A stretch of 32,000 nucleotides of DNA from Idiomarina loihiensis L2TR (GCF_000008465.1 NC_006512.1:1290001-1322000), one strand, 5' to 3'; shown: positions 1-10,251, numbered from the stretch's first letter. Notes: generated by a model not told the origin, from the letters alone. Translations and numbers: made by a program.

Positions 1-11
1 TCAAGACCGTA

Positions 12-1373
12 TTATGAGCCGGTCAGAGTCAACCCCTGTTCCCGAATTTTCGCAAGCTTGTAGCGCAACGTGCGTGGACTAATCCCAAGTTCATCGGCGA
101 CCGGTTGACGTTTTCCCTGATGCCGTTGCAGCGCCTCTTTGATAATTTGGTATTCCTGATGGAAAAGTGACTCATCGAGGTTTTCTGACTTCTCTTCGGG
201 CGTATCCACTTGCTCTGGAAACACGCTAACGGTTTCCGCAATGTCGTTCAGTTCCAGCATAAGATCCTGCGGCTGAATCTCTCCATCGCGATGCAGAACC
301 AGAGCTCTTTGCACCACATTTTCCAGCTCGCGGACATTACCCGGCCAGGAATAACGCATTAACTGCTGCTCTGCTGCAGCGGAAAAATTCACAGGCGTTT
401 TAATACCAGAGCGCTGTTTATGTCGCTGCAATAAGTTCTCTGCCAGAGGAACAATGTCCGCAGGCCGTTCACGTAAAGACTTCCAGTGCAGTGGAAACAC
501 GTTTAGCCGGTACATTAAATCTTCACGTAATAACCCTTCGCGCACCGCTTGCTGTAAATCTCGGTTAGAAGTTGCTATTAATCGGACATCCAACTGTATG
601 GTTTTACGTGACCCCAAACGTTCGACCTGACGCTCCTGAATCACCCTTAACAGCTTAGCCTGTAAGTGCATGGCCATTTCAGTAACTTCATCCAGCAACA
701 GAGTACCGCCCTGCGCCAGCTCAAACTTCCCTGGCGATGACTGATTGGCGCCGGTAAAGGCGCCTTTCTCATAACCAAACAACATCGATTCCAGCATGTT
801 TTCCGGTATAGCTGCGCAGTTAATTGCAATAAAAGGCCCGTCTGAACGGTCAGAATGCTGGTGAATATAACGCGCCAGCACTTCTTTACCGGTGCCACTT
901 GGTCCGGTGACCATAACGCTCGCTTCACTGGCCGCGACTTTTCGTGCCATAGCCAGTACTGCCTGGCTGGAATCTTCTTCTGCTACCGGTTCAATATCGT
1001 TAATTGCGCCATCAGGCAGATAACGCTGAACCAGTGTTTGTAGCTTTTCAATTGAGAACGGCTTAGTCAGATAATCGACGGCGCCTTCGCGCATAGCAAC
1101 AACTGCGTCATCCACCTTGGCAAAGGCCGTCATCATAATAACCGGAATATCGTATTGCTGATTATTCATGCTGCGCAGAAGTTGTAAGCCATCAATTCCC
1201 GGCATTTGCACATCACTGATAACCAGTGCCACCGATTCCTTTTTCAAAATAAGCAAAGCTTCTTCGCCGTTGGCTGCTTCAAGGCACTGACAGTCAGCCA
1301 GTTCCAGTGTATCGATAATTGCTTCACGCAGCGATACGTCATCTTCAACAACCAATACCTGTCGCTCAACCAT
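12..1373 (-). CDS. flrC: Sigma-54-dependent two-component response regulator (FlrC/FleR type)
   Basis: 453-aa ORF. Has an N-terminal receiver (VLVVEDD ... ISDVQMPGIDG), an AAA+ sigma-54 activator core ([23 protein letters not shown]) and a C-terminal HTH (ISPRTLRYKL). Its ATG overlaps the flrB stop by 8 nt. It is third in a flrA-flrB-flrC order. Confidence 0.85.
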   Translation of the reverse strand: MVERQVLVVEDDVSLREAIIDTLELADCQCLEAANGEEALLILKKESVALVISDVQMPGIDGLQLLRSMNNQQYDIPVIMMTAFAKVDDAVVAMREGAVDYLTKPFSIEKLQTLVQRYLPDGAINDIEPVAEEDSSQAVLAMARKVAASEASVMVTGPSGTGKEVLARYIHQHSDRSDGPFIAINCAAIPENMLESMLFGYEKGAFTGANQSSPGKFELAQGGTLLLDEVTEMAMHLQAKLLRVIQERQVERLGSRKTIQLDVRLIATSNRDLQQAVREGLLREDLMYRLNVFPLHWKSLRERPADIVPLAENLLQRHKQRSGIKTPVNFSAAAEQQLMRYSWPGNVRELENVVQRALVLHRDGEIQPQDLMLELNDIAETVSVFPEQVDTPEEKSENLDESLFHQEYQIIKEALQRHQGKRQPVADELGISPRTLRYKLAKIREQGLTLTGS

Positions 1374-2373
1374 AACGTACCTCTTTCATTTTATTCTCTG
1401 ACCATTCATACACCGGCAGTGATAAGGTAAAGCGGCAGCCTTTATCTGGTTGACTCTCCCAGTCAATTAAGCCGTTATGCGCTTTTATCACGGTTTGGAC
1501 AACCGCCAGACCTAAGCCGGTTCCATTAGACTTTTCAGTAAAAAATGGGGTGAATACACTGTCTTGCTTTTCGGCCGGAATGCCGCAGCCGGAATCGATA
1601 ACAGAAACTTTCCAGCTACCGCCATCAACATCGGTTTTCAACAACACTTCCTGTCCGGGCTGGCTAGCATCAACTGCGTTGTTAACCAAATTCTGTATTG
1701 CCCCAACTAATGCGGTCTGATTGGCTCGCAACACCACACCCAAGTTTGGATCATTACAATTAATTTTCACCTGATGCTGCTCGGCATAACTCTCTGTATT
1801 CATTAACACCTGCTGGATCAAGCTATTGGTACTGAGTTCTTCCAGCATGGGTTGCTCACCACTTTTGGCAAACAACAGCATGTCATTGACCTGCTGTTCC
1901 AGCGAATGCAGGCGGGAAAGTAGTTTGTCGGAGAAACGCTGTTGTTTAGCCGCTGAAATCTTGCCCTGCTTTAGGTTTTGCGCATAAAGGATAGCGGCAG
2001 AGAGTGGCGTTCTTATCTGATGTGCCAGCGAAGCCACCATTTTTCCCATCGAAGACAAGCGCTGTAAATGACTGATACGATTTTGCAGACGCCTGGTCTC
2101 AGTTAAGTCTGTCAGGACAATAAGCTGTCCCGGTTTTTCGTTCACAACCGAAGTATCTAAACGAACCCGGCGCCCGTTACGCAGAGACACTTCGTGCCAG
2201 TCATCCGCTTTGGGAGCAAACAGTTCACTAACCAGTTCCCGCCATAAAAACTTTTTCAGAGGGTGTCCTAAAAGGCTCGTGGCATTGTCATTGCAATAAT
2301 CCACGACCCCATGACTGTCCAGTAAAATAACAGCGTTAGGCATGGCATCAATAATTTGATGGTAGGTGGCCAT
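1366..2373 (-). CDS. flrB: PAS-domain sensor histidine kinase (FlrB/FleS type)
   Basis: PAS-like N-terminus, H-box LAHQIRTPLSAA, and HATPase boxes NLVNNAVDA, DSGCGIP, GTGLGLA. I prefer the ATG at 2373 (GGAGA 7 nt upstream) over the TTG at 2394 used by the ORF track. Confidence 0.8.
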   Translation of the reverse strand: MATYHQIIDAMPNAVILLDSHGVVDYCNDNATSLLGHPLKKFLWRELVSELFAPKADDWHEVSLRNGRRVRLDTSVVNEKPGQLIVLTDLTETRRLQNRISHLQRLSSMGKMVASLAHQIRTPLSAAILYAQNLKQGKISAAKQQRFSDKLLSRLHSLEQQVNDMLLFAKSGEQPMLEELSTNSLIQQVLMNTESYAEQHQVKINCNDPNLGVVLRANQTALVGAIQNLVNNAVDASQPGQEVLLKTDVDGGSWKVSVIDSGCGIPAEKQDSVFTPFFTEKSNGTGLGLAVVQTVIKAHNGLIDWESQPDKGCRFTLSLPVYEWSENKMKEVRYG

Positions 2374-2409
2374 ACTGACATCTCCAATTAACAACTATGG
2401 AGAAGGTAA

Positions 2410-2425
2410 TGCAAAATAGATGCCA
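2410..2425 (-). promoter_or_regulatory. Sigma-54 (-24/-12) promoter upstream of flrB
   Basis: The minus strand reads cTGGCATctattTTGCAtt, with GG and GC separated by exactly 10 nt. This matches TGGCAC-N5-TTGCW. The -12 element lies about 38 nt upstream of the 2373 ATG. Confidence 0.6.
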
Positions 2426-2492
2426 GTATAATATTCTTTATTTTCAGTTAGTTACGTTGTTACAGGATTGTCAAAAGACTGACACTTTGAGT

Positions 2493-3929
2493 TTAATCTT
2501 TCTGGATACCGTACTTTTTCATTTTCTCAACTAAGGTTGTGCGGCGCATACTGAGTAAATCGGCCGCTTTAGCAACGACCCAGTCAGATTTGGCTAATGC
2601 CTGAGCTATCATCCCCGTTTCTATTTCGGTTAGCATATCTTTCAGATTAACGCCGTCATCGGGCAATTCAGAGTCAATAGCACTATTCGTCTCGTCATCA
2701 AGTTCTTCCTCTGACTCGCTGAAAATCGCACTCAGCGCCTCACGCTCCAGCATTTCTTCAGGGTAATCCGGGGTTGGTGCATCGTGCTCCACATGCTGAT
2801 ACTTAGGCGGTAAATCGGGCACGTCAACCAGGCTGTCGGGGTGCATAATGGTCAAACGTTCTATCAGGTTAGTCAACTCTCTTACATTGCCCGGCCAGCG
2901 ATGATAAGACAACGACTCTAAAGCTCGCTCAGTAAAACGCACCCCAACGCCCCGTTCTTTTTTAAAACGCTGGGTCAGTTCCTGCAGCAGCAAAGGCACG
3001 TCTTCCTGACGTTCGCGCAGAGCCGGAACTTCAATAGGGAAAACGTTTAAACGGTAATACAAATCTTCACGGAATTTGCCGTCAATGATCATCTGTTCCA
3101 GCTCGCGGTGAGTCGCCGCCACCACTCGTACATCGGCAATAATACTTTTACTACCCCCCACGCGTTCGAAGGTGCGCTCTTGTAAAACTCGCAACAGTTT
3201 TACCTGCATGGGCAATGGCATATCGCCTATTTCATCCAGAAACAAGGTGCCACCCTGAGCCAGTTCAAAACGACCTTTGCGCGCACCTATGGCACCGGTA
3301 AAAGCGCCTTTTTCATGCCCGAACAACTCACTTTCTAACAAGTCGCCCGGAATTGCACCGCAATTTACCGGCACAAAGGGTCCATTACTGCGACCTGACA
3401 AATCATGAATACCGCGGGCCACAACTTCTTTACCCGTTCCGGATTCACCCAGAATCAGGACATTCGCGTCGGTCACAGCTACCTGCTCTATCAGCTGACG
3501 TACATGTTTCATTGTACGGCCGTTACCAACTAAGGTTTGCTCCAGTTTACCACCGCCCGGATGCCGCTTTCTTGCCGCTTTAGCCGGCATTTGCTGGTGG
3601 TAAGCCTGACAGTAATGCAGCATGTTCGACAAGCTGGAGTAATCGAAAGACTTTTCCAGAGGACCTATGACATTCGCTTTCTGTAAAGCGTTACTCTGGT
3701 CGTCAGTAGCACAAATAAAAGGCAGGTGCGGCGCATCGCCGGCTAATTTATGCAGATTCTCGATACCATTACCGGCAATCACACAGAGCGCATCGGCAGC
3801 ACAAAGCTTTAGAGTGTCTGAAGGAGATATGACTTCAACGGTTTCACCAATAAAGGTTAATACCGTTTCAAAATGCTGACGACGCTCTGGCTGCTGTTCA
3901 ACCAGGTAGACTATTCTTGTTTTTGTCAT
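2493..3929 (-). CDS. flrA: Sigma-54-dependent flagellar master regulator (FlrA/FleQ type)
   Basis: 478-aa ORF. Has a degenerate receiver-like N-domain, an AAA+ core ([23 protein letters not shown]) and a C-terminal HTH ([15 protein letters not shown]). It precedes flrBC. Confidence 0.85.
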   Translation of the reverse strand: MTKTRIVYLVEQQPERRQHFETVLTFIGETVEVISPSDTLKLCAADALCVIAGNGIENLHKLAGDAPHLPFICATDDQSNALQKANVIGPLEKSFDYSSLSNMLHYCQAYHQQMPAKAARKRHPGGGKLEQTLVGNGRTMKHVRQLIEQVAVTDANVLILGESGTGKEVVARGIHDLSGRSNGPFVPVNCGAIPGDLLESELFGHEKGAFTGAIGARKGRFELAQGGTLFLDEIGDMPLPMQVKLLRVLQERTFERVGGSKSIIADVRVVAATHRELEQMIIDGKFREDLYYRLNVFPIEVPALRERQEDVPLLLQELTQRFKKERGVGVRFTERALESLSYHRWPGNVRELTNLIERLTIMHPDSLVDVPDLPPKYQHVEHDAPTPDYPEEMLEREALSAIFSESEEELDDETNSAIDSELPDDGVNLKDMLTEIETGMIAQALAKSDWVVAKAADLLSMRRTTLVEKMKKYGIQKD

Positions 3930-3950
3930 AGACGAGTTTACCGCAACGTC

Positions 3951-4478
3951 CTATTTCACATTTCCTAACACAAACGTTTCACCTGCACTGGACAGATACC
4001 ACTGTTCTTGTCCATCGACAGTCCGCGACTCTGCGTGTGAAACCCACTGATAGAATACATTGCGATGTACTCTCGCTGTCAATCCTCTTTGCATCACAAT
4101 GTAGGGCACACCGTTTTTCATTGTGAGCGCATGTTCAGAGCTTAATACCAGAGTATCACCGATGTTGGTGGTTAACAGTAATAATTGCTGACCATTCTCT
4201 TCTAATTGACGCCAGTCAACGATAACAAAGGGCGTATCTTCAACCGTAATCTTAACTTTTTCGGCAGGTGTTACTAAAAAATACTCACCGTCTTCAACCA
4301 CTAAAACAGACGCAAATAATTTTACCAATGCGGAGCGCTTTATCTGGCTCCCCTGATAAAACCAGTCGCCATTTGAGGCAATATGAATAGGGATCTCACC
4401 ACAATACGGCGGATCCCACAACTCGGTTGGTGCATGTTGATGTTTTTCTAGTTCAGAAATCAATCGGTTAAGTGACAT
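3951..4478 (-). CDS. DUF1285-like protein of unknown function
   Basis: 175-aa ORF. The segment WDPPYCGEIPIHIASNGDWFYQGSQIKRSALVKLFASVL is recalled as typical of DUF1285. It ends 21 nt before the flrA ATG and starts 10 nt after the upstream response-regulator gene. Confidence 0.55.
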   Translation of the reverse strand: MSLNRLISELEKHQHAPTELWDPPYCGEIPIHIASNGDWFYQGSQIKRSALVKLFASVLVVEDGEYFLVTPAEKVKITVEDTPFVIVDWRQLEENGQQLLLLTTNIGDTLVLSSEHALTMKNGVPYIVMQRGLTARVHRNVFYQWVSHAESRTVDGQEQWYLSSAGETFVLGNVK

Positions 4479-4488
4479 AAATCGAAAC

Positions 4489-5112
4489 TTAGTCGACCAA
4501 CTTTTTCTGTCTCAGTAGATACCAAAGCGTCGCTTCAGTACGATTCGATACTTTAATGGCTTTGAATATTGCCGATAAATGCACACGAATAGTGCCTTCA
4601 GTAATGCCCAGAATGTTTGCAATTTCTTTATTTGAAAGGCCCTGAGCCAGCAGTTGCATTATTTCCAGCTGACGCGGTGACAAAAAGCTCTCGGCTCCAC
4701 TGGACTTGTCTCTTGGTTCATTCAAATGAGGGTCATCAGGAATGTGACGGTCGCCATTCAGCAAAGCCCGAATTGCCAGTTTAGCCTGTTCAGCCGAACT
4801 GTCTTTTGGCAAGTAGCTACGCACTCCGGCAGCCAGTACCTGGCGAACTTCCGAAATTGAGCGCGGGCGCGTAAACAGCACAATGTGCGTACGTGGAGCC
4901 ACTTTTTTCAGACGTTGCAGCGCAGGTCGAATTTCGGCATCCGGTAAATCCATTTCTAAAAAAATCAAATCATAATCATCGGCTGATAAATAGTTCTCAG
5001 CAATTTCGAACGACTCAGCTTCGTATATCGAAGGCTGATTCGCATAGTTTGTGAGAATTTGTATAAGACCAGCACGCATAAAAAACTGCGGGTCAATAAT
5101 TAGAACTTTCAT
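4489..5112 (-). CDS. NarL/FixJ (LuxR-type HTH) response regulator
   Basis: Receiver (KVLIID ... IFLEMDLPD ... VLFT ... YLPK) plus a C-terminal LuxR HTH (LSPRQLEIMQLLAQGLSNKEIANILGITEGTIRVHL). The ATG at 5112 is preferred to the TTG at 5124. Confidence 0.8.
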   Translation of the reverse strand: MKVLIIDPQFFMRAGLIQILTNYANQPSIYEAESFEIAENYLSADDYDLIFLEMDLPDAEIRPALQRLKKVAPRTHIVLFTRPRSISEVRQVLAAGVRSYLPKDSSAEQAKLAIRALLNGDRHIPDDPHLNEPRDKSSGAESFLSPRQLEIMQLLAQGLSNKEIANILGITEGTIRVHLSAIFKAIKVSNRTEATLWYLLRQKKLVD

Positions 5113-5313
5113 CTTGAGATCCAAAATAACGCTTATTCAATTAACTTTTAGCATACCGAAAATATAACAGACAGCAAGTTTTTTACGGACAATGCAAATT
5201 TTTAAAGAGCCAATGTTAACTTCATTAACAAAAAAGTCAGAGAACGCCTAGTCGCTTGTACAGTAAAAACGCTATAGTGTTGCCCAAGTTATTTTCTACG
5301 GAGTTTTCTTGTT

Positions 5314-6966
5314 ATGCGACGTATTATCTGCCTGTTTATAGGCCTTAGCTTATCGGCTTCAGCTATTGCCGACACCTTGTATACCAATATGAAAGGCTAC
5401 ACCCTTACCAGCCCCGCTGGCGAACAAGCGGTATTGCAGCAATTTTCGACCATGCTGGTTGAAAATGGAAAAATTCAGGCCATTGGTGGTAACGCACTTG
5501 CTGAGCGTTTTACTGACACTGAACAAACCGTTGATATGCAGGGAAAAACCGTTCTTCCGGGGTTAACTGATGCCCATGGACACATTCAGAGTCTGGGCAC
5601 CAGCTTATTGCAGGTGGATTTACGCGACACCGACTCCGTTTCTGCAGCGGTCAAAAAAGTACATGCCTATGCTGGCGAACAACCCGAAATGGAATGGATA
5701 ACAGGCCGAGGCTGGAATCAGGAGCAATGGCAACAAAAGGTATTCCCCAGTGCAGCCCATCTGGATGAAGTGGTCAATGACCGTCCGGTTTGGTTAATGC
5801 GCGTAGACGCCCACGCAGGCTGGGCAAACAGCGAAGCCTTGCGCCGTGCAGGAATAGACAAGGACACTGTCGCCCCGGAAGGCGGTGAAATTGTTCGTGA
5901 CGAGCAAGGCAACCCCACCGGTGTGCTGGTCGATAATGCAATGCAATTAGTAGAGGATGTTATTCCTGAACCATCGCTTCAGCAGCAACGTGCAGCTTAC
6001 GAACTCGCCTTTGAGCATTTAATTAAGCTGGGCATTACCAGTGTCCATGACGCCGGTATTAATGCCGACGAAATTTCCGTTTACAAGGGGTTGCACAATC
6101 AGGGCCGTATGCCCCTCAGAGTCTATGGCATGATAGCCGCTACCGAGCCTAAACTGGCGCAACTTTTGGCAGAAGGTCCATACGAAAGTGTCGACCAGAA
6201 ACTGACCATTCGTAGCGTTAAAATATACGCTGACGGCGCTTTAGGGAGCCGTGGTGCGGCTTTGCTGGAAGACTACAGTGACGACCATGGGAACCATGGC
6301 CTGATGGTCACTTCAGAAGAAAAAATTCGTGACCTGTACGAGCTTATCATCCCTCATGGCTTCCAGATAAATACTCACGCTATTGGTGACCGGGCAAATC
6401 GCGTTGTACTGGATAACCTCGCAGAAGTTTATAATGAACTCGGTGGCCGTAACTTACGTAATCGCATAGAACATGCACAAATTGTACACCCGGACGACCT
6501 GAAACGTTTTAATCAACTCAATTTGGTAGCTTCCATGCAGCCGACGCACGCCACCAGTGACAAGAATATGGCAGAGGATCGTCTAGGCGCGGCACGGATG
6601 GAAGGAGCTTATGCCTGGCAAACACTGCTGGATCAGGGCACCGTTATTGCTGCCGGTTCGGACTTCCCGGTAGAACTGGCTAATCCGTTTTACGGGCTGC
6701 ACGCGGCGGTTACCCGACAAGATCGTAATGATATGCCAGCCGGAGGTTGGTATGCTGAAGAGAAAATGAGCCTGCAGCAAGCGCTGCGCTCTTTTACCAT
6801 AGATGCCGCTTACAGTGCCTGGCAGGAAAAATCTCTGGGCTCGCTGGAACCCGGTAAATGGGCTGACTTTATTGTCGTAGAACAAGACCCTTTTGCCGTC
6901 GATGCCAGTGATATCTGGCGAACTCAGGTTGAACAAACTTACGTAGCGGGCGAGCGAGTTTATTAA
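5314..6966 (+). CDS. Secreted metal-dependent amidohydrolase (Amidohydro_3 / YtcJ-like)
   Basis: 550-aa ORF. Signal peptide MRRIICLFIGLSLSASAIA, a DAHGH metal motif, later HAIGD and a C-terminal GSDFPVE segment typical of this superfamily. Confidence 0.75.
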   Translation: MRRIICLFIGLSLSASAIADTLYTNMKGYTLTSPAGEQAVLQQFSTMLVENGKIQAIGGNALAERFTDTEQTVDMQGKTVLPGLTDAHGHIQSLGTSLLQVDLRDTDSVSAAVKKVHAYAGEQPEMEWITGRGWNQEQWQQKVFPSAAHLDEVVNDRPVWLMRVDAHAGWANSEALRRAGIDKDTVAPEGGEIVRDEQGNPTGVLVDNAMQLVEDVIPEPSLQQQRAAYELAFEHLIKLGITSVHDAGINADEISVYKGLHNQGRMPLRVYGMIAATEPKLAQLLAEGPYESVDQKLTIRSVKIYADGALGSRGAALLEDYSDDHGNHGLMVTSEEKIRDLYELIIPHGFQINTHAIGDRANRVVLDNLAEVYNELGGRNLRNRIEHAQIVHPDDLKRFNQLNLVASMQPTHATSDKNMAEDRLGAARMEGAYAWQTLLDQGTVIAAGSDFPVELANPFYGLHAAVTRQDRNDMPAGGWYAEEKMSLQQALRSFTIDAAYSAWQEKSLGSLEPGKWADFIVVEQDPFAVDASDIWRTQVEQTYVAGERVY

Positions 6967-6981
6967 TAGGGACGCATAAGT

Positions 6982-8544
6982 ATGAACGATGACTTTCTGT
7001 TTTCTGATGACGAGCCTGATATAGCGGAAGAAGAAGTATCGGAACCGTATAATATCCTCATTGTCGATGACGACGAAGAGATACACACCATTACCAAAAT
7101 GGCGTTAGGTGAATTTAAACTCGACGGTCGTCCGCTGAAGTTTCACTCGGTTTATTCCGGCAAAGATGCTATCGCGTTTTTACAGGACAACACCAATATC
7201 GCCATGATGCTGCTGGACGTAGTAATGGAAACCGATCATGCCGGGCTCGATGTTGCCCAATGGGTACGCGAAACCCGGAAAAACCGGCTAATACGCATCG
7301 TTCTGCGAACCGGCCAGCCAGGGCAGGCTCCCGAAGAAGATGTCATTGCCCGTTATGATATTGATGACTATAAAGAAAAAACCGAGCTGACATACCGTAA
7401 GCTAGTTACTTTGATGTATTCCTGTTTGCGAGCTTATCGCGACTTAAACGCCATTGAGCGCAACAAACGCGGACTGGAAAAAGTCATTAATGCGTCGGCA
7501 GAAGTGTTTTCTGCCCGCTCGATGCAAGCCTTATGTCAGGGCATCCTGGAGCAACTTGTCGCGTTAATTACCCTGTCTGATGACGCCATGTATTGCCGCA
7601 TTGATGCGCTGACCGCCAGCTCGGACACTGACGACCCATTTGAAATTATTGGCGGCACAGGCGAATATGAAGAGGCTGTAGGGCAACCCGTACACGGCGA
7701 AATTGACTGGGATATTGTCCGCCCTATGCAGCAAAGCCCGCAAAATGTTGATTTTCGTATTGTCGACGGTAATTACTACGGCCTTTACAAAACCAGCAGC
7801 TCGCGCCAGTACTTACTTTTTATTCGTGGTGTCAGGGACTTATCTGAGCTGGATCAAAATCTGCTCGGGCTTTTTGTGAATAATAGCTCCATTGCTATAG
7901 ATAACCTGCAAGCCACAGAAAACGAGCGGGAAGCACAACGGGAACTGCTGTATAGCGTTGGTGAAGCCATTGAAAAACATTCTATTGATGAAATTAGCCA
8001 CCATGTTAAACGTTCTGCCGAAATGGCTGGCCAGCTGGCGATATTCTCAGGCGCAACGCAAGAGCAGGCCGAAGCGTTAAAACAAGCTGCATCTGTTTAT
8101 GATATCGGTAAAGTCTCGGTGCAAATGGAGTTAGCTCAACGTGCCGACGTATTGAGTATCCACGAATATGAAGAAATTATGCAAAAAGTCATTCAGGGCC
8201 ACGACTATTTACGCCAAACGGACTCAGCAGTAGCTAAAGTCGCGGCTCTTATTGCGCAGGATATTCATGAACGTTGGAATGGTTCCGGCTTTCCCAGTCA
8301 GAAATCGGCAAAGGCAATTGACCTTAACGCCCGAATTCTGAGTATTACCAGTCACTTTGACGCCCTGCGAACGCAGCGCAATTATCGTGATGCAAAAGAA
8401 TCTGAGGATGCCGCAGATTATTTGTTACAGCACAGTGGTAAGTTCTTTGATCCAGAGCTGGTGGGACTTATGCTGGATAATCTGGATGCGATGGAAAAAA
8501 TACGTCAGCGCTTCCTGGACAAAAAACAGGATACGCGCCATTAG
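6982..8544 (+). CDS. Response regulator with central DUF3369-like region and degenerate HD-GYP-like output domain
   Basis: Receiver (ILIVDDDEE ... MMLLDVVME ... DDYKEK). The C-terminal HD-GYP-like region reads HHVKRS ... VYDIGK ... IHERWNGSGFP ... HFDAL. Confidence 0.7.
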   Translation: MNDDFLFSDDEPDIAEEEVSEPYNILIVDDDEEIHTITKMALGEFKLDGRPLKFHSVYSGKDAIAFLQDNTNIAMMLLDVVMETDHAGLDVAQWVRETRKNRLIRIVLRTGQPGQAPEEDVIARYDIDDYKEKTELTYRKLVTLMYSCLRAYRDLNAIERNKRGLEKVINASAEVFSARSMQALCQGILEQLVALITLSDDAMYCRIDALTASSDTDDPFEIIGGTGEYEEAVGQPVHGEIDWDIVRPMQQSPQNVDFRIVDGNYYGLYKTSSSRQYLLFIRGVRDLSELDQNLLGLFVNNSSIAIDNLQATENEREAQRELLYSVGEAIEKHSIDEISHHVKRSAEMAGQLAIFSGATQEQAEALKQAASVYDIGKVSVQMELAQRADVLSIHEYEEIMQKVIQGHDYLRQTDSAVAKVAALIAQDIHERWNGSGFPSQKSAKAIDLNARILSITSHFDALRTQRNYRDAKESEDAADYLLQHSGKFFDPELVGLMLDNLDAMEKIRQRFLDKKQDTRH

Positions 8545-8561
8545 TCCATTAAGGAGAGGTC

Positions 8562-9200
8562 ATGGATTTACAAGCAATGCGTCGGGAATATGGCTTAGGT
8601 AGCCTGCACCGTGAGCAACTGGAAGCCGACCCGGTAAAGCAATTTGAAAAGTGGATGCAGCAGGCCATAGACAGCAACTTATTAAGTGACCCTACCGCCA
8701 TGACACTGGCTACGGTGGATGCTGAACACATGCCCAGCCAGCGTATCGTGCTGCTTAAAGGTTACGACCATACCGGCTTTCGGTTCTATACCAACAAAAA
8801 CAGCCACAAAGGCCAGGACATAAGCGAGAACCCTCAAGTTGCTCTGCACTTTGCCTGGCTACCCTTAGAGCGGCAAATTAGTATTATTGGCAGCGCAGTG
8901 CCACTTGATGATGACGACAACGACCGATACTTTCACTCACGTCCGAAAGAGAGTCAGGTTGCGGCGCTCGCGTCACAACAAAGCCGCCCGGTAGAAAGCC
9001 GCGACGTGCTGGAAAGTCACTATCAGTCACTACTGAAAGACTATGAGAACACCGAAGTTCCGCGCCCTCAAAGCTGGGGCGGCTACTGTGTTCACCCTAA
9101 GCAATTTGAATTCTGGCAAGGCGGTCAACACCGTTTGCATGACCGCTACCAGTACAGCAAAGACCGGGAAAACTGGCGTATTACCCGTTTACAGCCTTAG
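8562..9200 (+). CDS. pdxH: Pyridoxamine/pyridoxine 5'-phosphate oxidase
   Basis: 212 aa. Full-length resemblance to PdxH (RIVLLKGYD..GFRFYTN..S.KG, FWQGG..RLHDR, C-terminal RLQP). Strong AAGGAGAGG RBS at 8551-8559. Confidence 0.92.
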   Translation: MDLQAMRREYGLGSLHREQLEADPVKQFEKWMQQAIDSNLLSDPTAMTLATVDAEHMPSQRIVLLKGYDHTGFRFYTNKNSHKGQDISENPQVALHFAWLPLERQISIIGSAVPLDDDDNDRYFHSRPKESQVAALASQQSRPVESRDVLESHYQSLLKDYENTEVPRPQSWGGYCVHPKQFEFWQGGQHRLHDRYQYSKDRENWRITRLQP

Positions 9201-10251
9201 GCAAATCGACACCACAGAACTCGGCGCAGTGCTGCAAAACTTTTAAAGTAGCGCTGCTGTAGGAAACCCCCTGTTGCAGCTGCTCGCGCTTGCGCTTCTG
9301 TGCCCCTTCCCCCGGAATACGCACCGGTTGCTCAGGAACCGCAGGGGCGCTTTTACGGCTGTCGGCCAATAAGTCATCCACCTGCTGTAAAAATTTTTGT
9401 TTTTCACCAAAGGCTTCGGGATCAATCACTTGTACCCATATCGAGTTAGCATCACCATCGTCACTGCCCTGTCTACGACCGTACTGACTTAATGCCATAG
9501 ACCAAATTTCACTGAACAACGTGAGGCCGTAGCCTTTATAACCCAGTTGCTCACCCCCCAACGGCGCTATTGAACTGCCCGGTGACTCAAAGAAGGTTAA
9601 TGGATCATCCGTCCATTCACCGTCAGGCTTTATCAACGCTTTATAAGGCAATCGGGTACCGTTCGCTTTAGCCTGACGCACTTTGCCTGCTGCCGTCATA
9701 GAAAAACTGATATCAAACAACAATGGATTATTCGAACTGGGTACACCAACCGCGAAGGGGTTAGGTGAAAACACGGCTTCTTTGCCCCCAAAAGGCGCTA
9801 CCGCGCGCTGTCCGGGAGTCGAGCACATTAAACTCACCACCAAGCCCTGATCTGTAGCAATGCTTAAATAAGCCGCGAGCGCCGCAACATGCTGGCTCCG
9901 GCGTACAACCACGGTGCCGGTACCGGCTTGCTTCGCCATTTTGCAAGCCGCATCAATAGCCTGCGGTACCACGTAAGGTCCGGGCAGAAACTGTGCATCC
10001 CAGTTAGCAACCGCAGCGCGCTCTCGAAGTACTACCGGCTGGCCTTTTGCCAGGCTTTTGCCGTCGCGCAGCCACTGGCAGTTGTTCAACAGCCGAATTA
10101 AACCATGGGTACTAAACCCCAGTAAATCGCCTTCCAACAGGTAATAACTTACATTGCGCGCGACCTCCCCCGAAGCCCCCGCCTCGGTCAGACAAGTTCG
10201 CGCCCAGTCCGATAATTCTGAATAATCAAAACGTACAACATCAGTGCTCAT
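9181..10251 (-). CDS. Ldh_2 family (malate/L-lactate/sulfolactate dehydrogenase-like) oxidoreductase
   Basis: 356 aa. Has GFSTHGLIRL and later PFGG / GYKGYGL segments typical of Ldh_2 enzymes. GAGGA RBS. Its 3' end overlaps the pdxH 3' end by 20 nt (convergent genes). Confidence 0.7.
   Translation of the reverse strand: MSTDVVRFDYSELSDWARTCLTEAGASGEVARNVSYYLLEGDLLGFSTHGLIRLLNNCQWLRDGKSLAKGQPVVLRERAAVANWDAQFLPGPYVVPQAIDAACKMAKQAGTGTVVVRRSQHVAALAAYLSIATDQGLVVSLMCSTPGQRAVAPFGGKEAVFSPNPFAVGVPSSNNPLLFDISFSMTAAGKVRQAKANGTRLPYKALIKPDGEWTDDPLTFFESPGSSIAPLGGEQLGYKGYGLTLFSEIWSMALSQYGRRQGSDDGDANSIWVQVIDPEAFGEKQKFLQQVDDLLADSRKSAPAVPEQPVRIPGEGAQKRKREQLQQGVSYSSATLKVLQHCAEFCGVDLPKAVNG

Noticed and set aside
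6583-7086. 167-aa minus-strand ORF spanning the amidohydrolase 3' end and the HD-GYP regulator 5' end
   Set aside because: It overlaps two well-supported plus-strand genes and the sequence has no recognisable features.
9181-9200. 20-nt overlap of the convergent 3' ends of pdxH and the Ldh_2 gene
   Set aside because: Both stops are fixed by well-supported frames. Short convergent overlaps are common and I see no associated structure. I note it only as a possible shared termination region.
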